A DNA stretch of 61,753 nt, filler included, from Choristocarpus tenellus KU-1152 (taxonomy: Eukaryota; Protista; Phaeophyceae): the NCBI GenBank assembly GCA_964200185.2. It is 10 parts of 10 records of this genome, joined end to end, with 100 filler letters (N's around TTAATTAATTAA, not from the genome) between each part and the next. Parts side by side here need not be neighbours in the genome. Positions count along the whole stretch, not along the records: positions 50,419 to 57,723 come from CAXNAD020006370.1; positions 57,824 to 61,753 come from CAXNAD020017086.1; 8 more parts are not named here. One strand, 5' to 3'. This document shows positions 50,987 through 61,753 of the stretch, piece after piece (within the stretch, counting starts at the first letter, position 1; every line of letters begins with the position of its first letter). A model generated the notes under the pieces. It worked only from the letters and a program-made list of their open reading frames with translations. It did not search any database and was not told where the DNA came from. Made by a program: the position numbers and the translations under genes.

Positions 50987-53900
50987 CTGTGGCCAGGGTC
51001 AGGAGTCTGGGTACTTTCATACTGGTTTTGGGTAGGGTGAAACATGAATTGGTTGGGAAACAAGAGAATAGAAATCGAGACGTTATGTGGCATTTGAGTC
51101 ACGATATTAAAAGTGATAAAAACGTCAAGTTTCGGTCGTCTTGTACTGATTGTACACTCTTTTTCCTTACCCCTCTGATAAAATAAAAATGACAACTGAG
51201 CAAAGGTCCTTTCTGTAATAATGTAAAAAAAATATTTTTGTGAGAATTAATAGAATGCAACCATGTATACCTCTCCGTGAGAGTTATGACTCGTTTGACT
51301 ATCTTACACTTTGCTATATACTCGACAAGACACCACTGTCACCCACGATGGCAGCAGTAAACCCTGAACTCAAACCCCTGCTGGAAAGCTCCACCTTTTC
51401 ATGGCTGTTTCAACTTGGAAAATAAGCTGTAGACAACGTTGGGCTCATGATGACTGATGATCTCATCACTTTTCCCTTCGTTGAAAGTGTGGCATTCATA
51501 ACACGGCCTCTTCCTCATATTATCTCCATCAGGATAATCATGGTGATGTATGTTCCGTTCAGGTTGACATCAGACTGCCATTTATGTCCATTGAAGAGTG
51601 GTGACCCTGGTGTATGTGCCTTATTTGCGATTGTTCATGATGAGGGGAGAACATTTCTTTTTCGTATGTTTATGATATTTATTGTTTATGGAGAAACTTC
51701 TCAGGACATTACCCCATTTTTACATTATTGATTATCTCATTTGTGCTTGTACTATAATTTTCAAAGGAACAAGTATTTCTATGATAGTAGTAAGATACCA
51801 GTTATGTATGCTCGAGTGACTTTTATATGTTTACGTTAGGTGTTTGTTGAAGAAGAAAAACGTCTGCAGATAATGCTTTTGGCTGTTTTGAGCATTTCAT
51901 GTTGAGAGAAAAGCCTCTTGTCGATAATATGTGCTGCGGCGCGCGTAACGGTCGTATGATGGTGTAAGAGAGAAATTCGTCAACTATATATAGTTCGCTA
52001 TCAAACAATATTCCAGTTGCTTGCCTTCATCTTCATCACCGTTGTTTAGGGTAACACCCTTCGAGAAATTGGCGATCTTCACGAACAGATCACCTATCTA
52101 TTTTGCTTGAAGGTATTGTGTTTATTTCTCAGGTTTAACCTTGTATTTACTATCACAGTGCCTCACCTCCAGCCCTACTTCCTATATTCAAAATAGGCCC
52201 CAGCCTGTTCTTGTCCAGCTTTTAAAATCAGCAGCAACCACATTACTCAGCCGCTGTCAATATCACCCTCCCTCCCTCATGCCCTGTCACCATGTATTTT
52301 TTATCCTTTGGTGGGATGTAATGAGCAGTGTGTGGTAGTGCAGGGTAATGCAAAATTGTGTGTTACCTGTCTGATATTTTTCTGTTTCTTTTGTGAGGCG
52401 TAATATTATTATTATTTTCAGTACAGGCCACTACAATGGTGTAAAGTATCTTCCTCTGTTGAGCACATTTAATTTTATTCTTGGCCAGTAACAGGACAAA
52501 GGTGTTCACTTGACCCAGATGGTTGAATTACTTTTGAATAGATGGCTAACTTACCATGCAATCTCTTGTATCCTTGGGGGAGTTTTGCGCATACTCTTTA
52601 GCTGAGAGTCACAATCTGTAAGGAGACGTCCCTACATCCCACCCCATCCTACCCCTCATACGCCCCTACCATCAACACATGAACACAACTTCATCAGCTC
52701 AGCTGCGCTTTGATTTCTGAAGCTATCACATACATCTTTATTATGTTGGTCTAGCTACCTGTCCCCTCACTCCCACTCCAACCAAACCCCGATTTTTGGG
52801 AGAATTTCAAGGCTCTCACAAACCTAAATTTCTCCCACCCTTCACATTGTCTTAATATTGGTAGTTGTCGTTCCTTTATGCTCACTCTTTTATTTGTATT
52901 GTTGTTGGTATTATATCATCCATCCCTCCTCTCTTGGTGGGATATGGGGTGAATATTTACTGATTCTCTCATTTGGATTGATGTGAGATGAACAGGCATT
53001 GATGGAGGGCCTGGGAAGAATAGAGCCAAGGCTGGAGAGACACTTAAGGCATCTCCTTACTGAAGATTGGAAGGCATGGTTTGCTGCATAGGATGAGATA
53101 CAGCAAGCATGTTTTCCTCTCCCAATGGAAAATTTGAGCGCAAGGTGGGATAAATCTCCTGCGCTATCCCCCCTACCCAAACTTTTATCCCTATGCTCTA
53201 TGCTGTATGCGGTGTACCCTTGCTTTTTGATATCCAAAAATAATAAAAACAGATCTATGTACCCCCTCTACTTGGTCTCATTTCGCCTGGAATGACTCCT
53301 TACTCCTACAGTTCATTCATGCACATGTGGAAGATCTGGGGGATCACAGCATCCTCTCCAAGCCAGAACTCTAGGCCCTGGCTGTCGAGCCATCAGCGTA
53401 TTGTGCTGGGCCATGATGGAGGGCCTGGCTGCTATGTCGGACAGCCCGCTTAAGATCTTGGATGTGCTTCCCCCTCCAACCCTCCCGTCTCAGGTGGATA
53501 TAGGTGAGAGAAGTACTCTTTCTTTTGTTTGAAAACATACGTAAGCTTTGGTGTGGTGCTGCTACTGGCCCTTGTGCTGTATCTGTTACTGTTTCTCACT
53601 TTACTGGTCCTCCCATTGTATGTTCATGTCTTGTTCTTCGAAGCTGTTGTTTGCAAACATCAGAAAGCTCTTGTTGCACAGGAGTTTTTAATCTCAGGGC
53701 AACATACATCTCACATGTCGATGCTTTCTAGTGTGCTATAGACAACCACTATCTCTATCGATTTTGCTCTTGGCAATTGCCTTTATCCCTTCCAAATCTA
53801 TGACTGTATGTCTTGATGGACATCTTGTATCTTCTGTGCTGTATGTCTCTTTTTGAAGTTACTTTCCTTGAGCAAGACTGTGTATAGGCCTGTCAACACC

Positions 53901-55923
53901 GAGAATGACTTCATATCCCATCATGCAGTAGTAGAATTCCAGACCTGATGTTGACTTTCAGTGATATGTCTCCACTTCAGAAGAGTGTCTTCAAGCATCA
54001 GTATGTGTCCTACTTCAGATTGTCTTTCATACACATGTAAAATAGAACATGGATTGGACAATGGCAACACATTTTTGTTTTCTTTGAGCAAGGGTTTTGT
54101 TATATTCTTCTGAGTGTTGTACTAAGAATTTGTAGCGAAAACCTGATTTACTATAGGACCTGTCGGTGCTACTGTGTTCTTCAAACCTTTTCATCTTTGT
54201 TTTGTTTGCTTATCTTGAGAGCCTGTTGTGCTTCATGGGTTGACTATACCTAGATCACTTCCTACTTGTGTCGTTGCTGTGCGTGTGTGGTGGGTTGGAG
54301 ATAGGCATCGTTACATAGACATTTTTGTGTGTGGTTTTGTTTGTGCTGAGGCCTGCTTTCAGGCCTATCCTTAGACTGAGTTCTTACGGTAAGCCCTTAG
54401 TGTTGATGGGTTGTACAGCGCTAGAAGTATGGATGAGATTTTCACAGAAGGTTTCAGTGGGGTGACCTTTGTAGCAGTGAAGTATTGCATTTATCCATGG
54501 TGAGGGTATTATTATGTCTTGTGCAGACAAATTCTATATAGCACATTTTTTATTGGCTCACGTTTGACTGAGATATGTGGCCCCCTGACATTGTTTGAGC
54601 TGTGTGCACGGGTTGGGGAGGAATGTGTCAGGTATGAAAAAATAATTTAATAATATTTTATTGGGAAGGTACCCATTCAAGGGTAAATGCAGGATTCATC
54701 GAGATTTGTACTACTCCAGGGCTGAGATTAGTTGTCAAAGCACAGCACACAATTAGATTTTCTCTCCAATTTGCTCAGAGACTATCTTGCACACCATATG
54801 TGATCATTACATGGTAGGTTGTGGTAATGAATACACGCATACATGATGTCCACAGGACACTTTGTAACCTCTGTTGTTGCCTCTGCAGTTCCCTGCTGTC
54901 TCTCTTGATCCATTGCCTTTTAGTCTCTCCGTGATACACCCAACTTCACCATGTATTTCATTGAGATACCTTTACCTTGGTACTTGCTAAATGGGTTAAT
55001 ACATCTGAACTCCCTGCCTTTTGGGGAACTTAACCATTTTGTTTTGTCAGTTTGAATTGGATTGCTACACTCTTACCTCCAGCAGTGTTCGGAACGTTTA
55101 TGTTACTTTAGTGAACAAACCATTGACCTTGCACTCCTGACCCGTATGATACACCTCTACAATGGCATGAAGAGCTGAATATTAAGTGTGTACCCAACCC
55201 TGACAAGATGAGTCCTTGTTGTACATCTCCCAATCCTTGAATGCCCCGTTGACCTCGCAACCCCCTAGCCTCTCTCATTCGACCTCCACCCAAGATCAAG
55301 AAGGAGACGAAGGAAGGGGTGGTGAGAGATGTTGCTGCGCCTAAAGGACCAGGGTGGGAAAAACTTTCCACAGAGAAAGAACAGGATGAAGTGGGGCGAT
55401 GGACAACAGATGGACAGGCATCACTTTCCTGTGCCTAGATTTTGATGAAGAGTTGGTACATGATGTATTAAAACAAAGGTCCCAGGGAGCAGAAACCTTA
55501 AGCTTGCCTTGGTGTGTTACGAGGTACAGCAGTATTTTGTTTGTCGTTCCTGCTATTTTTTGTTTTACTGTCCTACCTTGTACATGTATGTGGCGGTTGG
55601 ATAATTTCGTGGATATGGGCAGATCCATTCCTCCTCCTCCTCCTCCTTCCTCCTCCCTCCCCCACTATATTCTGCTTGTATGCCAGGCCTTACTCTTGGT
55701 CCTTGCTTTGTGTATACATAGCAAAGACTGATGAAACGTGAAGCCTACTAATAATAGCTCTGTACTGTGTTCCTGAGTGTATCGTCTGGTGTGCCATTGA
55801 TAGTAGATTTCTTCATACTTTAGCAGGAGCTATCATGGTAGGAATATAGGTTAATGAACATTAGGTCAGCAGAACAGGGCTACTCTTATGAATCAAGAAG
55901 CATGGACATGAGAATTGGTATCA

Positions 55924-56181
55924 GAGCCAAAGTATCTTAGAGGGTACGGCCATGTCCATTTGGGGCCAAAATTCAATGCTGCGATTTTGTTGTAATTTTG
56001 GCTATTGCGTTCGTTAGGAAGAGTCAATGTCCTTGTTCCAGACACACCATTTCATAACGTATATATTTTACCTACCCCGAAACATTTTGGGGCAGGAAAA
56101 TGTCATAAAAAAACCCATGGGAAGCCAAGCCCCTAATGGACAAACAGGGAAAAACTCGTACCCTCTAAGATACTTTCACTC
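55924..56181 (+). mobile_element. MITE family A copy
   Basis: Both TIRs present; tca on both flanks. Confidence 0.92.
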
Positions 56182-57642
56182 TCAGTAAGTGAGCCATGAG
56201 AGGTTTGAGTCACTTGGGGTCTGAGCCATTTGGGACCTCTTATCATCATTTACTGTTTTGGTTTATTTTGGTTTACAGACGTTGGAATACCTCTGAGAAC
56301 CGTTGCAACATTCCCAAGTTACAGATTTTATTCTGCAACTTTTACCAAATCGGAGTTCCCCCTTTTGGGGTTCCACACCCGCATACACTGCCTGCGCCGG
56401 TTAGAGCATGGGAAGAAATAATTACGCTATTCGCCTGTAACAAGCCCCCCAGCATGAACTAAGTATACATGTTTCATGCTTACCACAGGCGTTTATCAGT
56501 GGTTAAGACAATAGATATCATCCATCACCTCAGATCGTGCTGTGGCAGCATGTATTGATTGTCATTAATGACATAGGGGCTCCAGTTCCGAATCTGCTGG
56601 TTATTTCTAACACAGCGACCCCAGTTCCAAATTAACTGGTGGTCTCCAGCAAGGATCGATGTATCTCCTAGTTTCTTTTGAGAATGGATCCCCCAAAGTC
56701 TTAAGACATCAATAAATGCCTGACCAAATCAGGGTATATACTTTCATTAAAAGAATATAACTCCAACTTGGTCCAAAATGGTAAACAAATATCCTTGTTT
56801 TCCTTGGGGAAATCCATCCCAGGGTTCACAGGATACAATCTCCGACAAATTGCGTCTGCCCTAATCCGAGTATACATTTGTTCCTTCTGAACTGGACCTA
56901 CAAAGGTTTCAAAGTGTATAGTTCTGATTAGCCCACAATGAATGGGTCCCCGACTCCAATCTTCCCAGTTACAAATGCAAGTGCTATCAAGGAATGGACA
57001 TATATTATTCATAACATATTCTAGATCTGATTATTGCCTGTCCTATGCCCTCCATGCACAAAGCATACTCACGGCTGCTAGTGCGTAAAACAGGCAATGA
57101 CAGAAAAAACAACAAATATAAATAAAAATAAATAAATAATGGCTAATGAAAGCAATAATATGAAAAATAATAATAATAAAGAAGAGAAAAATGTTCAGAA
57201 ATCATGAGTGTGAGATAATCTTGAAGACAAGGATGAAAACAAAAAATAAAAATAAAAAACACCATAGAAAACATCTGTATATTCTGATGTATACCAGTAC
57301 TTGGTCCAAACTTCCGTCATCCTACCTTCTTTTCCGTGACTATGACTGTCGACATCCTATCCCCTTGCTCTGGCACACTAAACTGATCCTCACCTTGTCT
57401 TCTGGGCATACAGTTGTTACCTGTTGGATCATCTTTGACTCATTTCGCTCTTATTTCATTCCTCCCAATCTCCATCATTAAACCGTACCCTCCAGTAATT
57501 AACGTAACTTGAAGTCGAAAACTGTACCTGTGTACCACTTGTCTCTTCCTTTCTCGTCTTTCCACGACTTCTTGACAATGGTACCTGTGGGGAAAAGGTG
57601 CAATGCATCCTCTCGGGACAAGAGTTTTTCTTGGCGAAGAAT

Positions 57643-57723
57643 GTGTCAAAGTATCTGGGGGGGGGGTGCCGGCGTCCGTTTTTCACCCTTTTTCGATTTT
57701 CACTTTTTTGGTGTGATTTGGTG
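57643..57723 (+). mobile_element. MITE family B2 end
   Basis: gtgtcaaagtatctggggggg...; reverse complement of 5785-5850. Confidence 0.7.
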
Positions 57724-57823
57724 NNNNNNNNNNNNNNNNNNNNNNNNNNNNNNNNNNNNNNNNNNNNTTAATTAATTAANNNNNNNNNNNNNNNNNNNNN
57801 NNNNNNNNNNNNNNNNNNNNNNN
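57724..57823. other. Artificial contig-joining spacer
   Basis: N44-TTAATTAATTAA-N44. Confidence 0.99.
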
Positions 57824-58621
57824 AGTAGTATATATGTTTGGTCAGCGTTGCATGTTTTTTTAAACTCTCTTTGTGCAGGGGGGGGGGGTTGAAGATCAAT
57901 AACTTAATTTAATTGTAATTTACTCAAATGACGGATTTTACGGTATAGATCATGTGTAGAATCGAACTCGTTGGAAGAAAGATTATTTCCTCAATATTTT
58001 TCTTTCATATTCTTGTATGTATATGCTTTTTTTTTCCTAAGCAAGACACCTCTAGTAGTATGAAATAGTAGTAGTTCGTATATGCATCCTGTGTGAAGGA
58101 GGAAAGACCCTATAAGTAATCTCTCTCAGTTCTTCGATTTGGTTTATGTTGCATCAGAAGGTGAGTGCGCACATAGGCATTATAGTAATGAGTCCAACTG
58201 ATTGAGAGGTAGGCGCGTTTGGTCCCTCTTGCATTCTAAGTCATCCTTCTTACCCTGTGCAGTACACTCTATTTCATTGCTTCATGTATACATTGGTGTG
58301 CACAAAATTGATACTCCCCCTTTCCACACAAAAAGAGATGCCACAATTTAGCCAAGTCTCTTGCTGTGTTAGTATTTCAAGAAATGGTCTTTGCCTTTCT
58401 CGGGACCCTTACAATGCAACCCTGCCTTCCTCTCAATTGGTTTGGTTCAAAAGGCTAAGCTATTACACTTCTTGCTTTGTTGGTTATACTTCAGAGCAAA
58501 TACTGTTGTAAAACAGCGCATTGCCTGGTATCAAAACGAACTTTTTGTACAAACGGTGAAATTAGATTAGAAAGTCTCAACTCAGTGACTTTTCTGAAGC
58601 GGCCTGTCGACAAGGTACATA

Positions 58622-58696
58622 ACAGCCGATTTCAAAATTTTGGGTCAAGTCCATCCTCAATGAAAAGCTCCATCCTCAACTTTTGAAATCGGCTGT
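58622..58696. mobile_element. 75-bp micro-MITE related to family C
   Basis: TA|ACAGCCGATTTCAAAA...TTTTGAAATCGGCTGT|TA, perfect 16-bp TIR; two internal CCATCCTCAA motifs as in family C. Confidence 0.8.
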
Positions 58697-61234
58697 TACA
58701 TGTAAAACTCCAATATATGTGTGCGTCTATATTCCATTGTTGTAGACAGTGGAACGTTGAATTTTCCCCCTTTGCCACTTGATTTCGTTCTGATATCATA
58801 TTCTGCTCCACTCCATCTTTTGACCGCATTTTAAAAACAGGTTTGGGATTCCTCAAACTAAAACTTTACAGATTTTTATAATGCAATCACCTCGATGTTT
58901 GCACAAATACTTTCTGTTCCCTTTTTATATGCTCTGATATATCAGCACAAAACATCTTATTACTTCTCAATTTGATGTATTAGGCGGAAATCCAAATTTA
59001 AGAACGTTTGGAGTAAATGATGTGGTTAGTTTGTCGTGTAGGCGGTGAGGGTGCCAAATATTTAATCAACCTTATTTGATACATACTTCAAAGTAATAAA
59101 TAGATACCCGTGTCAGCACGCAAAATTGGGCTTCAGTTTAGTTAGGCGGTACGGTTTGACGAATAATTAAACTGTTGATGGTACATGTGGAATTTGTTGT
59201 GACTTTCAGGGCAAATGTATAATGTTACACCCCTCCACCAATTTCTAATTTCTTACAGGACGGAAGTCAGAAATCGTCCAGATACTAAATGTTTGGCCAT
59301 CGGCTAACTAACCACTATTACCAAAGTATGTAATCAAGGTTAGTGATAGTAACTTCTACCATTGTAATGAGTTTAATAATTGAACGATATTATAACGTAC
59401 TGTCGGATTTTGACTACAGTAGTAGTGGTCGTTTACATATCATTCTTGAGAAAGTCCACAATTACTCCAAAGTTCACATGCAAATTCTTTAATGGTAATC
59501 AATCGCCACACCTAGAGCACTTGACATATTTGTGGAAACTCTATGCCTTTTGAACACGTTGACCAGTCTTGTTGGTAATAAGACCCCCATAATCGATGGT
59601 GCCTCCATGTTATACAAACTTGTTAGTCTGCTTATATTTCTGGGTTAATCCCCCAATCTATATTCGGGATTTCTGTTGTGTTTTTCGGAGGTTTAAGGCA
59701 CATTTTCCCTGTCTTCAGCTTTAACATAGTCAGCCCGAATGAACCTTCAATCTTAGCGACAGATCTGAGATTGTACAGGCGTACATTCCGTAGTGTTAGT
59801 CATGTGGACTTCAGATGATCAAAACCAGTGTTCCATGAAAAAGTCATTGACAGAGTTTGAACACATGGTATTTATGCAGGGGACACCCTCCTTTTTGACT
59901 AAGGCAAATTGAAAACATTAGAAATGGGAAGTTCATCACATAGAAACCGATCCGTAATCTTCAACCTGTCACAAAATTAGAAGTCAACTACGTCAGAAAT
60001 CAATGCGTAGGTATGGAGTGAGTCAGGATGAGGAAGGTTGAAATTGAAGGATAGGTGTTGTGGTTTGAATCACATGGCGATGGTGAGTCCTACATGAAGT
60101 GGTAGTACACATACGTTCATGTGGTAGCCGTATTGCGAAATGATCGATCAGGTGGGTTCACTGGTTACAGGACCAATTGCTTGGGCAAGCAGGTTGAAGT
60201 TGATGTTCAGACAATTTGATTAGAGTCAAAATGAGTTACAATAAAGGTTGCAGGTGTGATCATCATCCTTGTGCATTTGTACGGCAGAATTAGAGTCGTT
60301 GAAGTTGATTATTTTCCACACTTGGTTGTAGAATATAGAGGTTGGTTGTGGTAGTAAGTGGTAAACGGCACTCCACAAGTCTACTCGATACATGAATAAT
60401 TTGTTCACCCTAATGTGTGTAAGCAGGGGAGATATCTGTCTCTAGTTATGTTGTAAGGAAGGAGAAGATGCAAGTGCAAAGTAAACACCCTCTTCTTGTA
60501 ACCACCGAAATCACTATCTGGTACTGAGGAAAAATTATCTTGTCATGTTAGGAATGACTACAACGACAATCAATTATTATTGATAATTACCTTTTTCTCA
60601 CTTTTTCTCTGGATAACATCTCCACTACCTCCACCCCACCTAGCCTCTTGATTTGTCGTCAGATGGCAATGTACACTGGGCTCTTTCTTCTGCACAACAA
60701 GCTACCTGCTGGACTACAACTAATTGCATTGCCTTGTGCGTGCCTTGATTTTCTTCAAATATTCAGTCAAGCCGCCACATCGCATTGCCCATCCTGCTCC
60801 TTATCACTCCGCCTCTCTTCCCTTAAAACTGGCGCATATTCCCTCCATCTACAATGAATTTTTTCCAACAAGATCCAGATCTTTCTGCGTGTCCCTTTTT
60901 TTGGTTTGGTGCAAGATAGTAAGGAACAGGTGTACCTCCCAATAATGCACATACCACATGATCCATTGAAGTGAAATGAACCATAAAGAAAATCTGGTCT
61001 TTGTACTTGAGGTTCAAACTCGGTCACCTCCGTGACGTAATGCAGGCGGACAGTGTTCTGAGCTATATTATGGACAAGCACAAGAACTGAACTATCCGCA
61101 GTTCTACCCACATGGATTTCGTGTAGAAATTGAAATTGCACGAGAAAAAATGCTATGTAGAGGGACTTCGAACCTGCGAAAACGATTTCATTATAACATT
61201 CGGACACTTGTTCGATACAAAAATAAGACTTAGT

Positions 61235-61306
61235 AGCTCCCACTGAGAGTCGAACTCAGGACCTGCAGCTTACTAAGCTGACGCTCTACCACTGAGCTAT
61301 AGGAGC
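61235..61306 (-). tRNA. tRNA-Thr (anticodon AGT)
   Basis: GCTCCTA TA GCTC AGTGGTA GAGC G TCAGC TT AGT AA GCTGC AGGTC CTGAG TTCGACT CTCAG TGGGAGC T forms a cloverleaf with one mismatch at the top of the anticodon stem. A T5 Pol III terminator lies ~12 nt downstream. Confidence 0.93.
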
Positions 61307-61753
61307 TTCACCATACGACGATCTGACCTTTCGTTGTATTTGTAAAATATATTAAGTGGTCAACCCGTGGCCAGAGCCACCATGCATTGAACCACCAGAT
61401 CAAATCTCATACGACTGCTGTAACTAACTTTTGTCCCATGACCAAGTGCAATGACTCCGTTCATGGCTTGTTTCTCACACATTGAGTTCAGCAATCCCAC
61501 TCCTCATTGCTCCACCTCCTCCCTCCTTGTACCTTGTGCGGGACCCACCTTCACAGCTCACCTCAATCTTTTTGTAGTATTTTTGTGGAATAATCACAGG
61601 CAAGGTAGTCCAGCAGGTGTATCATCCGCTGTGCCTGCCATGTGGGATTGGATAATTTCAACCTGATTTCTGTGAAAAAAGTGTTAAAGAAACTGGTGTT
61701 CCCAAAACTTGTGTGTGTAAATAACTCGATTATTTCCTCATTATGTAGAACAG

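Noticed and set aside
55916-55929. TGGTATCAGAGCC, which matches a tRNA-iMet primer-binding site
   Set aside because: GAGCC is the MITE A terminus; no LTR or gag follows.
5685-57823. Nine identical TTAATTAATTAA palindromes inside N runs
   Set aside because: Artificial all-frame-stop contig linkers. They also invalidate any gene-cluster reading across them, such as DGAT2 next to PRPS.

Overview
This is not a prokaryotic locus. It is eukaryotic nuclear DNA made of 10 unrelated contig pieces joined by nine artificial 100-bp spacers (N44-TTAATTAATTAA-N44), so adjacency across a spacer means nothing. GT-AG introns, TTAGGG-type repeats and a signal+Phe plastid-type presequence point to a photosynthetic stramenopile, probably a brown alga (inference). 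Spliced genes built by hand: an SGNH/PC-esterase-like protein, an At2g23090-like small zinc-finger protein, a complete 6-exon multi-pass membrane protein, an INSIG-like plastid membrane protein, a DGAT2-family acyltransferase, a PRPP-synthetase homologue, two unknown genes and tRNA-Thr(AGT). The rest is transposon debris: copia gag/RT, gypsy or DIRS traces, Harbinger, a TIR-complete plant-type mariner, and at least three MITE families. I see no clear multi-gene novel system. The best leads are: (1) an intron-free, AT-rich Rieske petA fragment resembling Rickettsiales proteins, embedded in host repeats; (2) a PRPP-synthetase paralogue that has lost nearly all catalytic residues (candidate pseudo-enzyme or regulatory subunit); (3) short telomeric repeats inserted throughout the sequence, including inside a MITE TIR and at intron branch-point positions; (4) related MITEs with a shared TIR core and a fold-back isomer. 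Family assignments come from motif recognition, not database searches.
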